DNA from: an uncultured Bifidobacterium sp.
GTDB lineage: Bacteria > Verrucomicrobiota > Verrucomicrobiia > Limisphaerales > JADLHS01
Reading direction: 5' to 3'
Assembly: GCA_964553795.1 (NCBI GenBank)
Contig: CAZKMR010000004.1
Span: 53,621 to 117,620 of the forward strand
Length of the DNA: 64,000 nucleotides
The notes beneath the pieces were generated by a model. The model made no database searches. It saw nothing but the letters and a program-made list of their open reading frames with translations, and was not told the DNA's origin. This document shows, piece by piece, positions 1 through 9,627 of this stretch; within the stretch, counting starts at the first letter, position 1, and every line of letters starts with the position of its first letter. The position numbers were made by a program, and so were the translations under genes.

Positions 1-118
1 TGCGGTGGCAAGCAGAGCGCGACACCGCTTTCGCATGCCCGAAGTCCCTCTTTAGCTACGAGTTCATTGCCCGCTCGAAAGCGCCGTCATCGCTGCGCTC
101 TGCCGGCGCAGTCCAAAA
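1..118 (-). repeat. MITE-like repeat family A, copy 1 (one end cut by the window edge)
   Basis: The reverse complement aligns to 35135-35291. A 42-nt block TTTGGACTGCGCCGGCA(A/G)AGCGCAGCGA(C/T)GACGGCGCTTTCG has 2 mismatches. AAAGCGGTGTCG and CGCT..GCTTGCCACCGCA blocks follow. Confidence 0.7.
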
Positions 119-1672
119 TTAGCTCGTCGTGAAACGGAAGTAATTGAAGTCCGCGCTACCAGCCGATGCGCTGTTCACGTTGATGCAATACACGCCGACT
201 TTTGCGCCGATCCACTTGCCTTCGCGCGCCGCGAAATTCTCCAGCAGCAACTGCGCTGTCCCGTCAGAGTCCACGGCGAGAAAATCGCAGAGTCCGCCAT
301 CCCGCACGACCACTCGAAGCTTGATCTTGCTCCCGCTCCACTCGCGAGCGCGCCGCTCGACTCCGTTCTCCCGCATTACGAGACAAGTCCCCTGCTCCGT
401 CCGACGCAACGCCAGCGCGGCGTGAGTATTCCCCATCACCACCACGCCCGCTTCGACGCCGGATTGCGCCGCAGAAACATCCAACATTGTCTCCATTGCA
501 AAACTTCGCGCCGGAAATTTTTGCAGCAGTAGATTTGGCGTGAGGCTGAAATCCGGCCGTGCCGGCTGCGCAAACAATCGCAACCAACCATCACGGGCCG
601 ACAATGAAAACCAATCGTCGCGATGATTCGCGTGCCATTGCCATTGCAAACCGAGCGCCGACGAACTGAATTCATCACTCGTCGCCGGAGCAGCGATACG
701 TGCGGCAGGCAAGGCGGGTTTGCGATGGTGCAACACCGGTTGGCCCGCAGCGACCGCACCGTTCAACGCGCCCATGAGCGGCCAACCCTCGCGCCATTCG
801 ACCGGTTGCAAATGGACCACGCGCCCGTAAAGGCCGATGTCCTGGAAATGCAAAAACCACCATTCAGCGTGTTGCGTTTCCACAAGACCGCCTTGATGCG
901 GCCCGTTAACCGGCGTGCGGCCCTGATGCAAGACGATCTTGTCCTCATACGGACCGAAAATGTTTCGCGAGCGAAGCACCGTTTGCCAACCGGTCGCCAC
1001 GCCGCCCGCGGGCGCGACAATGTAATACCAACCGTCGCGCTTCAGAAATTTCGGCCCTTCGAGCGTGGGATGTCGCGCCGGCTCGTTGAAAACAATTTTG
1101 CCTTCGCCCAACAAGCGCGTTCCGTCGGGCGACATCGGCGCAACGCGCAGCAAATGTTTCAGACCGCAACGCGAATGCGCGTAGGCGTGGACGAGATACG
1201 CTTTGCCGTCGTCATCCCAAAGCGGACACGGATCAATCAACCCTTTGCCCGCTTGAACGAGATGCGGTTCGCTCCATTGGCCGCGCGGATCGGTCGCGGT
1301 GATCAGGTAAAGGCCTTCGTCTGGCATCCCGAAGAAGATCCAGAATCGGCCCGCGTGAAAACGGATGCTCGGCGCCCAGACGCCGCAGCCGGGTTGCACC
1401 TCGTTGTAACGCGCATCGGGAACATTCTTCAGCGCGTGATTCACGAGCGTCCAATTCACCAGATCGCGCGAATGCAAAATGGGCAGGCCCGGCGTGCAGT
1501 TGAATGACGAAGCCGTCATCCAATAGTCATCACAGTGCCGAACCACGTCGGGATCGGAATAATCCGCGTAGAGAATCGGATTGCGATAGTTGCCATCGCC
1601 GCAATCGGGCGTCCACGGAAACTTGTAATCCGGCACGATCATGCGCGTTTCAGATTTTCCCGCCACACTCAT
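119..1672 (-). CDS. Glycoside hydrolase family 43 (beta-xylosidase/alpha-L-arabinofuranosidase type) with C-terminal beta-sandwich domain
   Basis: 517-aa ORF. The N-terminus NPILYADYSDPDV...SSF...PGLPILHSRDLVNW and WAPSI are typical of the GH43 propeller. The start overlaps the upstream transporter stop as ATGA (1669-1672). Confidence 0.85.
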   Translation of the reverse strand: MSVAGKSETRMIVPDYKFPWTPDCGDGNYRNPILYADYSDPDVVRHCDDYWMTASSFNCTPGLPILHSRDLVNWTLVNHALKNVPDARYNEVQPGCGVWAPSIRFHAGRFWIFFGMPDEGLYLITATDPRGQWSEPHLVQAGKGLIDPCPLWDDDGKAYLVHAYAHSRCGLKHLLRVAPMSPDGTRLLGEGKIVFNEPARHPTLEGPKFLKRDGWYYIVAPAGGVATGWQTVLRSRNIFGPYEDKIVLHQGRTPVNGPHQGGLVETQHAEWWFLHFQDIGLYGRVVHLQPVEWREGWPLMGALNGAVAAGQPVLHHRKPALPAARIAAPATSDEFSSSALGLQWQWHANHRDDWFSLSARDGWLRLFAQPARPDFSLTPNLLLQKFPARSFAMETMLDVSAAQSGVEAGVVVMGNTHAALALRRTEQGTCLVMRENGVERRAREWSGSKIKLRVVVRDGGLCDFLAVDSDGTAQLLLENFAAREGKWIGAKVGVYCINVNSASAGSADFNYFRFTTS

Positions 1673-3021
1673 GCTTTTCCCTCCCGACCAATCTTCGGCA
1701 CCAGAATCTGAATGGCCAACAGTGACAACAGATACATTCCCGAGAAATAAGCGAAGACGTAAACGTAACTCCCGGACTTATCCAAAATCGCGCCCGTGAT
1801 GATGTTCACGAATCCGCCTGTCATGTAAGCGGCGAATCCGCCCATACCCACCACGGAGCTGATGGTTTCGCGCGGCATCGTATCCGCCACGACGCTGAAC
1901 AAATTTGCCGACCAGCCCTGATGCGCCGAGCCGGCAATTCCCACGATGGCCACCGCCATCCAAACCGCCGGCACGAATGGCGCAAAGAAGATCGGCGCGA
2001 CGCAGAGCGCGCAGACGAGCAGCGCCGTTTTGCGGGCTTGGTTGAGCGACCAGCCTTTGGCTAACAGTTTGCCTGCGAACCAACCGCCGAGCACGCCCCC
2101 GGCGGTTGCGACCACGAAGAACGCGCTCGTCCAACCGCTGGTTTCCGCCTGCGTAAGGGAAAAACCTTTTTGCAGGAAGTCAGGGATAAAGAACTGATAA
2201 AAGCCCCACGCTGGCCCGGCTAAAATGCTCGCGATTAAATAAGCCCAAGCGGCGCGATAGCCGAGCAGTTTGAGCCACGGCACTTTGACCGACTTTTGTT
2301 CCACGGTCGGCTGTCCCTCTTGGATATAGGCGAGTTCGGCGGGCGAGAGCTGCGGATGTTCGGCGGGCGCGCGATAGAACATTTTCCACGCGATCACCCA
2401 AATCAATCCAACGGCGCCGGTGAGATAAAAGGTGAGTTGAAAACCAACCGTCGCGAACAGATAGCTCACGATGAGTGGACACAGCATCGCGCCGACATTC
2501 GAGCCGGCGTTAAACCAACCCGTCGCTAGCGCCCGCTCCTTCAGCGGAAACCACTCGGCAACCGTTTTGATCGCAGCGGGAAAGTTGCCACCCTGGCATA
2601 GGCCAAGCGCGATACGACCATAGATAAAACCCGCGGCAGTCATCGGCACTGTGACCACGGAGATCACCAGATACGGAAAGGTTGTTTTGATTTGCGGCGC
2701 GATTGCCTTGACGGAGCTTTCGAGGTCGAGAAACGCCACCAACCCGTGCAACCCGGCGGCAATACTCCACGCGCCCACGAAGTAAGGCAGCGCTTTTCTG
2801 ACGCCCCATTTATCGCTGAGCCGGCCGCCGAGCAAATAGCCGAACGCGTAAGCAAACGAGAACGCGCCGGAGATGTAGCCGTAGTCGGTGTTGCTCCAAC
2901 CGAACATCTCGCTCAACGGCGTTTTCAGCACGCTGATGGTGAGCCGATCCAGGTAATTGATCAGCACCGAGAAGAATAGCAGCGCGCAGACAACCCAACG
3001 GAAGTTTCCACCCGATTTCAT
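1669..3021 (-). CDS. MFS transporter, hexuronate/ACS-type
   Basis: 450-aa ORF with about 12 hydrophobic segments and an LINYLDR...GRLSDKWGVRK motif resembling ExuT-like MFS. ATGA overlaps at both ends (3018-3021 and 1669-1672). Confidence 0.85.
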   Translation of the reverse strand: MKSGGNFRWVVCALLFFSVLINYLDRLTISVLKTPLSEMFGWSNTDYGYISGAFSFAYAFGYLLGGRLSDKWGVRKALPYFVGAWSIAAGLHGLVAFLDLESSVKAIAPQIKTTFPYLVISVVTVPMTAAGFIYGRIALGLCQGGNFPAAIKTVAEWFPLKERALATGWFNAGSNVGAMLCPLIVSYLFATVGFQLTFYLTGAVGLIWVIAWKMFYRAPAEHPQLSPAELAYIQEGQPTVEQKSVKVPWLKLLGYRAAWAYLIASILAGPAWGFYQFFIPDFLQKGFSLTQAETSGWTSAFFVVATAGGVLGGWFAGKLLAKGWSLNQARKTALLVCALCVAPIFFAPFVPAVWMAVAIVGIAGSAHQGWSANLFSVVADTMPRETISSVVGMGGFAAYMTGGFVNIITGAILDKSGSYVYVFAYFSGMYLLSLLAIQILVPKIGREGKA

Positions 3022-4559
3022 TTAATCGTCACTTCCTCCGGTTTCACTCCCGCCCCCACCGTGAACTTCTCCTCTGCCGCTGAGAGATCGCAGTCCACCA
3101 ACATCGCGTTCCGCGATGTTTTCCCATCGAGTTGCAGAAATACTTTTGTGTCGGCGGGCGCGGTTGATTTCTGAATCGAAACGTTCACCGCGTCTGTGAG
3201 CTTGAAAACCGGGCTGCTCGCCGGCTTCACCTGCACATTCTGAAAGCGCAAATCTTTCACAAAGTTCGCCACCACGCCCTTCTTCGACGTGATGGTCATG
3301 TCCACGAAGCGGATGTTTTCAATCGGCGACTCCGCCATGCCTTGAATCAAAATCGCCGTCGGCGCGCCATCGCCGATGATGTTCTCGAACTGCATGTCGC
3401 GAAACACCGGTGGTTGCTGGTTCGCGATCTGACTACGATCGGAACCGTAATCCATGTTCAGAATCACAACTTCGCGCTTCATGTCTTTCACCTGGAGATT
3501 GCGCGCATAAATCTTTTCCACCACGCCGCCGCGATCCGCGCGCGATTTGATGCGAATCGCGCGATCCGTTCCCTCGAACTCACAATCCTCCATAAACACG
3601 TTCCGCACGCCGCCGGACATTTCGCTGCCGATCACCAGCCCGCCGTGACCACGTTTGCTAAAGCAATTGCGCATGATGACATTTTCGGTGGGCCGCCCCA
3701 CGCGCCAGCCGTCCTGGTTGTAACCCGACTTGAGCACCACGCAGTCGTCGCCGGTGCTGAACACGCAATTCTCAATCAGCATGTCGCGGCATGAATCCGG
3801 ATCGATGCCGTCGTTGTTCGGTCCGTCGGTCCACACTTGCACGCCGCGAATGGTGGTGTTCACGCAATAGATGGGATGAATCGTCCAGTTCGGGCCGCTG
3901 CCGATGGTGAAGTCTTCGAGCAAGATATTCGTGCAACTGACAAAACTGAGAAAGCTCGGGCGAATCGCGGCTTCAGGCGTGCCGAAAACGCGTTGTTCCA
4001 CCGGTACCCCTTTCGCGCCCATCTCGAAACCCTGGCGCGTTTCCTTGCTCTTCCAATCCCACCACCGCTTCGCGTTGCCGTTGAGTTTGCCTTTGCCGGT
4101 GACAGCGATGTTCTGGCAATCGCGCGCGTAGATGAGCGGTGAATAGTTGTAAAGTTCGATGCCCCCCACGCGCACGAGCACGACCGGCAGATAATCTTCC
4201 AGCTTATCGCTGAAGATAAGTTCCGCCGCTTCCGTCACGTGCAAATTGACGCCGCTGCGCAGATGAATTGGACCGGTATAAAATTTCCCCGCCGGAACAA
4301 CCACGCGTCCTCCACCCGCTTCGGCACAAGCGGCAATGGCGTCACGAAACGCTTTCGTGTTGCTGGTTTCGCCGTCGCTTACGGCACCGAATTTCGTGAT
4401 ATCGAAGTCGCGCGCGGGAAACTCCGGCGGGACGATGCGTTGCAGGATTTTCGGCACTTCCGCCCACGGATCGTTTGCCGCGCAAGCCGGAATGACTTTC
4501 ATTGCAGCTAGAATCGCGGCAACGACAATCAACACTCCGACGCGGTGGACAGGAATCAT
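3018..4559 (-). CDS. Glycoside hydrolase family 28 (polygalacturonase-like), secreted
   Basis: GH28 hallmark motifs are present: NNDGIDP, GDDCVVLKSG, GHGGLVIGSE and RAIRIKS. I chose the start at the internal Met (MIPVHRVGVLIVVAAILA, signal-like) rather than the ORF-track start at 4652. Confidence 0.88.
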   Translation of the reverse strand: MIPVHRVGVLIVVAAILAAMKVIPACAANDPWAEVPKILQRIVPPEFPARDFDITKFGAVSDGETSNTKAFRDAIAACAEAGGGRVVVPAGKFYTGPIHLRSGVNLHVTEAAELIFSDKLEDYLPVVLVRVGGIELYNYSPLIYARDCQNIAVTGKGKLNGNAKRWWDWKSKETRQGFEMGAKGVPVEQRVFGTPEAAIRPSFLSFVSCTNILLEDFTIGSGPNWTIHPIYCVNTTIRGVQVWTDGPNNDGIDPDSCRDMLIENCVFSTGDDCVVLKSGYNQDGWRVGRPTENVIMRNCFSKRGHGGLVIGSEMSGGVRNVFMEDCEFEGTDRAIRIKSRADRGGVVEKIYARNLQVKDMKREVVILNMDYGSDRSQIANQQPPVFRDMQFENIIGDGAPTAILIQGMAESPIENIRFVDMTITSKKGVVANFVKDLRFQNVQVKPASSPVFKLTDAVNVSIQKSTAPADTKVFLQLDGKTSRNAMLVDCDLSAAEEKFTVGAGVKPEEVTIK

Positions 4560-4651
4560 GCGCTCATCATAACGACCGAACTCGCCATGCAATAGCGGGA
4601 GTTTCGGCAAACCACATTTGATTTTGTGCGGCGCCTCGGCATCTGCTTGCA

Positions 4652-5833
4652 ATGCAACTGCCGTCCCGCCACTGTCTGCGCGTGCCCGCCAATCGAAAAC
4701 GCGTTTTGCTGGCGATGGGTTGGTACGATTACCGACTGCATCGCGGCATCGAGAAATTCGCCCAGGAACACGGCTGGCATCTTTGCCCGGACGCCACGAA
4801 AGAAAAAGTTGTTCCCTGGGGTTGGGAAGGCGACGGCATTCTCGCGTGGCTCGGGCGCGGGGATGATCTGGCGGAGTTTGTCGTCACCGCCAAATTGCCC
4901 ACAGTGGATTTCAGTTATCGCCGCCCGCATCTGCCCTTCCCGCGCGTATTGGTGGATCACGAAGCGGTGGCCAATCTCGTGGTGGATCATTTTGTCGCGC
5001 GCGGCCATCAGAATTTCGCGTTCTACAGCGACGTCAACAATTGGGCATTTGAAGAAAACGGTCGCGCGTTCGTGAAAGCTTTGCAGGCAAAGGGACGCGA
5101 TTGTCGGTGGATGTGTTGGCATCGCTCGCCCGCCTATTACGACGGGCAACTCCAGTGGAAAAAGAAACGCGACTGGCTCGCGGCAGAAATCAAAAACGCG
5201 CCCAAGCCGCTGGCATTGTTCGCCGCGACCGATGATCACGCCGTGGAAGTTTTGGAAATTTGCGAGAACACAAAACTCAACGTGCCCGAGCAGGTCAGCA
5301 TCGTGGGCGTGGATAATTCCCTGCTCGCGGTCGAAGCAATGCACACGCCGATTTCCAGCGTGGATACGAATCTGGAACTGGTCGGTTATCGCGGCGCGGA
5401 GGTGCTGGAGCAAATAATGTCCGGCAAACGACCCACCAAAGCACCGTTGCGCATTCCGCCCGCCGGACTCATCGCGCGCAAGAGCAGTGACCTCGTCGCA
5501 ATCTCGCATCCCGGCGTTTCGCGGGCGCTGCGATTCATGATGGAGCATTGTCATGAAGCCATCGGCGTGGAAGATCTTGTGCGCGTGGCGGCAATGTCGC
5601 GCCGCGCCTTGCATCAGGCGTTCGTGGATTTAATCGGACGCCCGCCCGGTCACGAATTGCAACGCGTCCGCCTCGAACGCGCCAAGCAATTATTGGTGGA
5701 TACCGACACCAAGCTCGAAGCGGTTGCGACCCAATCCGGTTATCAAAGCGCGAACAGCTTTTGGTTCGCGTTCAAACAGGCCACCGACATGTCGCCGAAA
5801 GAGTATCGGGAAAAATTTTCCCGACGCGGTTGA
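4652..5833 (+). CDS. XylR-like regulator (periplasmic-binding-protein-like sensor domain + AraC-type HTH)
   Basis: 393 aa. The C-terminus SGYQSANSFWFAFKQATDMSPKEYR is AraC-family HTH, and the N-terminal 270 aa resemble a LacI/PBP-type sugar-binding fold. Divergent from the GH28 operon. The start could instead be the Met at aa 22. Confidence 0.8.
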   Translation: MQLPSRHCLRVPANRKRVLLAMGWYDYRLHRGIEKFAQEHGWHLCPDATKEKVVPWGWEGDGILAWLGRGDDLAEFVVTAKLPTVDFSYRRPHLPFPRVLVDHEAVANLVVDHFVARGHQNFAFYSDVNNWAFEENGRAFVKALQAKGRDCRWMCWHRSPAYYDGQLQWKKKRDWLAAEIKNAPKPLALFAATDDHAVEVLEICENTKLNVPEQVSIVGVDNSLLAVEAMHTPISSVDTNLELVGYRGAEVLEQIMSGKRPTKAPLRIPPAGLIARKSSDLVAISHPGVSRALRFMMEHCHEAIGVEDLVRVAAMSRRALHQAFVDLIGRPPGHELQRVRLERAKQLLVDTDTKLEAVATQSGYQSANSFWFAFKQATDMSPKEYREKFSRRG

Positions 5834-5874
5834 ACGATTGCCGTGGGGCGACGCCGCTTCTATCCTGCGGGCGC

Positions 5875-6759
5875 ATGAAACCATGGCTCCCAATCCTGTG
5901 CGTGATCGCTGCGATGTTCACCGCGACTGCTCAAACTAATCTCACGTTCCCACTTTGGCCTGAAGGTGCGCCAGGCGCATTGGGCAACGAGGCGAAAGAT
6001 ATTCCCACGCTGACCGTTTTTCTGCCCGCGCCGGAACTGGCGACTGGCGCGGCGATGGTGATTTGTCCCGGCGGCGGTTACGGTCATCTCGCCGATCATG
6101 AAGGCTCGCATTATGCGCGCTGGTTGAATCAACACGGCATCGCCGGTTTCGTGCTGAAGTATCGCCTCGGCTCGCACGGCTATCGCCATCCCGCGATGAT
6201 CAACGACGCTTCACGCGCGATTCGCACCGTCCGCGCGCGTGCCGCCGAATGGAATCTTGATGCGCAACGCATCGGCATCATCGGTTCATCCGCTGGCGGT
6301 CATCTCGCTTCCACCACGATGACGCACTGGGACAAGGGCAATGCCAACGCCGAAGATACGATTGAGCGTGCCAGTTCGCGGCCCGATCTGGCGATCTTGT
6401 GTTATCCGGTGATTTCCCTTATCAACGACCGCATCACGCACAAAGGTTCGCGCCATAATTTGCTGGGAACGAATCAACCGCCGGCGTTGCTACAGGAGTT
6501 GTCGGCGGAATTGCAGGTCAATTCCAACACGCCGCCCGCCTTCATCTGGAGCACGATGGAGGACACGGTCGTGCCCGTGGAAAACAGCATGGAGTTGGCG
6601 GCGGCGTTGCGGCGCGTCGGTGTGCCGTTTGATTTGCACGTGTATGAACGCGGTCCGCACGGGATCGGATTGGGCAATCGCAATTTCGACGCGGCGAACT
6701 TTCATCCGTGGACGCGAGATTGTGAATTCTGGTTGCGCGCCCGAAAGTTTGCGCGCTGA
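5875..6759 (+). CDS. Secreted alpha/beta-hydrolase esterase (carbohydrate-esterase-like)
   Basis: Signal peptide MKPWLPILCVIAAMFTATAQT. Oxyanion-like PGGGYG and nucleophile elbow GSSAGGH. The start was moved from the ORF-track 5761 to the ATG at 5875. Confidence 0.8.
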   Translation: MKPWLPILCVIAAMFTATAQTNLTFPLWPEGAPGALGNEAKDIPTLTVFLPAPELATGAAMVICPGGGYGHLADHEGSHYARWLNQHGIAGFVLKYRLGSHGYRHPAMINDASRAIRTVRARAAEWNLDAQRIGIIGSSAGGHLASTTMTHWDKGNANAEDTIERASSRPDLAILCYPVISLINDRITHKGSRHNLLGTNQPPALLQELSAELQVNSNTPPAFIWSTMEDTVVPVENSMELAAALRRVGVPFDLHVYERGPHGIGLGNRNFDAANFHPWTRDCEFWLRARKFAR

Positions 6760-6856
6760 GGTCTTTACCTTACGCGATTGCGGGGAAATTGTAATTGCCC
6801 GCCCGATGGCTTTGACCTAGTTCTCTTGCAAAGTTGATTCTTTAAGAAAGGCAAAT

Positions 6857-7456
6857 ATGACACCGTTAATAATCAGCCTGGCGATTCTGGGCGTGCTCGT
6901 GGTGATGATTGCGTTGTTTGTCATCGGCAAATACAACGGCCTGGTGACGCTACGCAATCGCTTCAAAAACGCGTGGGCGCAAATTGACGTGCAACTCAAG
7001 CGCCGCTACGACCTGATCCCAAATCTCGTCGAAACGACGAAGGGTTATCTCAAGCACGAACGCGGCACCCTCGAAGCCGTCATCGCCGCGCGCAACTCCG
7101 CCGCCTCGGCGAATCAACGCGCGACCGCGAATCCCGGTGATCCTGAAGCGATGAAAGCGTTGTCCAACGCCGAGGGCGCGCTTGGCGCAACCCTGGGCCG
7201 GCTCTTTGCGTTGTCGGAAGCTTATCCCGATCTCAAGGCGAACACGTCCATGAACCAGCTCATGGAAGAGTTGACCTCGACGGAAAATAAAATCTCGTTC
7301 GCCCGCCAGGCGTACAACGACAGCGTGATGACCTACAACACCGCGCGCGAAGTTTTCCCCACGAACATCATTGCCGGCATGTTCAACTTCGGCCCGGCGG
7401 AATTGTTCACGGTGGAAAAACCCGAGGAACGCGAGACGGTCAAAGTCTCGTTCTAA
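6857..7456 (+). CDS. lemA: LemA family protein
   Basis: 199 aa with an N-terminal TM helix, then YNGLVTLRNRFKNAWAQIDVQLKRRYDLIPNLVETTKGY, typical of LemA. Confidence 0.9.
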   Translation: MTPLIISLAILGVLVVMIALFVIGKYNGLVTLRNRFKNAWAQIDVQLKRRYDLIPNLVETTKGYLKHERGTLEAVIAARNSAASANQRATANPGDPEAMKALSNAEGALGATLGRLFALSEAYPDLKANTSMNQLMEELTSTENKISFARQAYNDSVMTYNTAREVFPTNIIAGMFNFGPAELFTVEKPEERETVKVSF

Positions 7457-7537
7457 GCGGGCAGAGCGAAATAACCACTTCAGCACCTGAGGCTGCAATC
7501 GCTCCTCAGGTGCTCGAATTAACCGGCCCGACTGGCG

Positions 7538-9484
7538 ATGGATTTCTTTGCGCGACAAGATCAGGCTCGCAAAAACACGAAGTGGCTCGTGGTTTATTTT
7601 GCGTTGGCGGTGGTTCTGATCGCCGCCAGCGTTTACCTCGTAACGCTTTTTGCATTTCACAGCGCTACGAGCTATCGCCAACCGACCCAAGCTCCGCCAT
7701 TTAGTTTCTGGAATCCGCGCCTGCTGCTGTTTGCCGCCGGCGGCACGCTCGCGGTGATCGCCTGCGGCAGCCTGTTCAAGATTTCGCAACTCTCCAGTGG
7801 AGGCCGCGCCGTGGCGGAATCGTTAGGCGGACGCTTGGTTGGCCCCAACACGCGCGACGCCGACGAACGCAAACTCATGAACGTGGTGGAAGAAATGGCT
7901 ATCGCGTCCGGCGTGCCCGTGCCGAAAGTTTATGTGATGGATCAAGAGCAAGGCATTAACGCCTTTGCCGCCGGGCACACGATCAATGATGCCGCCATTG
8001 GCGTGACGCGTGGCTGCATCACCACGTTGAACCGGGATGAGTTGCAGGGCGTCATCGCGCACGAGTTCAGCCATATTCTCAATGGCGACATGCGCCTTAA
8101 TTTGCGGCTCATGGGAATCATTTTCGGTATTCTCTGCCTCGCCGTGATGGGGCGGATTCTGCTGCATTCGCGCGGCGGCGGACGCGACAAGAATTTTCTG
8201 CCGCTGCTGGGAATTGTTCTCGTGATTCTCGGTTGGTTGGGCGTGTTCTTTGGCCAATTGATTCAGGCCGCCGTGAGTCGGCAGCGGGAATTTCTGGCGG
8301 ATGCGGCAGCGGTGCAATTCACTCGCAACCCGGACGGCATTGCCGGCGCATTAAAAAAAATCGGGAGCGCCCAATACGGCTCGCAAGTGCAAAGCGAACA
8401 CGCCGCCGAAGCGAGCCACATGTTTTTTGGCAGCGCCCTGCGGGGCGCACTGTTCAATGCGTTTGCCACGCATCCGCCGCTGCCCGAACGCATCCGCGCG
8501 ATTGATCCGCACTGGGACGGAAAATTTGTCGTAGCCAAAAAGGAATCACCGCCAGCAGTACGCGCTGGCGAAAAAACGGAACGGCGTCCCGCCATCCCAC
8601 CGATTATTCCCGGCCTGCCAATTGTCGCGGCGGGCTTGGCGGGAGCGGCGGCCAACGTTCCCGCCAGCCGCGTGATGCCGACGCTGGGCAATCCCACCCC
8701 GGGGCATTTGCGCTATGCGGAGGAGTTACGCGAATCGCTGCCAGAACAAATCCGCGATGCCGCCCATGATCCTGAGGGTGCTTGTGCCATTCTTTACGCG
8801 CTCGTGCTGAGCGAAGAAGCGGCCCAACGTCAAACGCAACTGGCGCATCTGGCCGAATCCGTTGGCGCAGAAATCCGCGCCCGGCTCGAAGCCTTGCAAC
8901 CGCAAGTCTCATCCATTGCGCGCCGCGCGCGCCTGCCCCTCGTCAATCTGGCGCTGCCAGCACTGCGCCAACTGACGCCCGCCCGGTTTCAGGAATTCTC
9001 GCAAGGGCTGACATGGTTGATTGAAAGCGACCGGCGGATTGCATTGTTTGAATTCATGTTGTTGAAAATTGTGCGGCACCAGTTGGAGCCACATTTTGCC
9101 GGAACGCGGCCCCGCGCGGCACAGTATTATTCGATCAAACCGCTCGCGCCCGATTGTGAAGTGTTGTTGTCCGCGCTCGCTTACGTGGGACACGAGGATG
9201 CGAAAGAAGTCGCCACGGCATTTGCGACCGGCGCTCCGCACGCCCGGACGGCAAGCGTGGGCTTATCGCTTTTACCGCGCGAGCGTTGTGGCCTGGCGCA
9301 AATCAATCAGGCCCTCGATCGGTTGGGGTTGGCGGTGCCGCAGATCAAAAAGAACGTGCTCGCCGCCGGGGTACAAGTGGTGGCTGCCGACGGCGTCATC
9401 CGGGAGAACGAAGCGGAATTGCTCCGCGCCATCGCCGAAACGTTGGACTGTCCGCTGCCGCCGTTGATTGAGATTCGAGAGTGA
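7538..9484 (+). CDS. M48-family zinc metallopeptidase (HtpX-like) with long C-terminal extension ending in a TerB-like segment
   Basis: HEFSH (HExxH) lies after the TM helices. The C-terminus AADGVIRENEAELLRAIAETL resembles TerB-type modules. LemA-M48 adjacency is a common pairing. Confidence 0.85.
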   Translation: MDFFARQDQARKNTKWLVVYFALAVVLIAASVYLVTLFAFHSATSYRQPTQAPPFSFWNPRLLLFAAGGTLAVIACGSLFKISQLSSGGRAVAESLGGRLVGPNTRDADERKLMNVVEEMAIASGVPVPKVYVMDQEQGINAFAAGHTINDAAIGVTRGCITTLNRDELQGVIAHEFSHILNGDMRLNLRLMGIIFGILCLAVMGRILLHSRGGGRDKNFLPLLGIVLVILGWLGVFFGQLIQAAVSRQREFLADAAAVQFTRNPDGIAGALKKIGSAQYGSQVQSEHAAEASHMFFGSALRGALFNAFATHPPLPERIRAIDPHWDGKFVVAKKESPPAVRAGEKTERRPAIPPIIPGLPIVAAGLAGAAANVPASRVMPTLGNPTPGHLRYAEELRESLPEQIRDAAHDPEGACAILYALVLSEEAAQRQTQLAHLAESVGAEIRARLEALQPQVSSIARRARLPLVNLALPALRQLTPARFQEFSQGLTWLIESDRRIALFEFMLLKIVRHQLEPHFAGTRPRAAQYYSIKPLAPDCEVLLSALAYVGHEDAKEVATAFATGAPHARTASVGLSLLPRERCGLAQINQALDRLGLAVPQIKKNVLAAGVQVVAADGVIRENEAELLRAIAETLDCPLPPLIEIRE

Positions 9485-9627
9485 CGTCGGCCTCGAGTTC
9501 GGTATTCTCCCGGAAAGCAGTAGGGTTTCATTCACGTTTCGCAACCGTTGAACCCGAATTAGTTTCACCGCGATTTAATCCGCGGGAGGTTGCTGAATGG
9601 AATCTCAACTCAGAACCGTGTCAAACT

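Noticed and set aside
4556-5614. 352-aa minus-strand ORF
   Set aside because: It is antisense to the XylR/AraC-type regulator and overlaps the GH28 start. It has shadow composition.
6760-6856. Possible sigma-70 promoter TTGACC-N17-TGATTC upstream of lemA (and TTGACT-N17-AACATC near 21815 upstream of the kinase)
   Set aside because: The -10 elements are poor and the promoter consensus for this lineage is unknown to me. The evidence is too weak to report as a feature.
9481-9627. N-terminal extensions offered by the ORF track (also 3018-4652, 5761, 19960, 22784, 24758-25306, 35227, 42968, 45705-47483, 55366-58086, 57857, 60963-62666)
   Set aside because: In each case an internal ATG is followed immediately by a signal peptide or by the conserved family N-terminus. 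The upstream extension is low-complexity, repeat-derived or overlaps the neighbouring gene.
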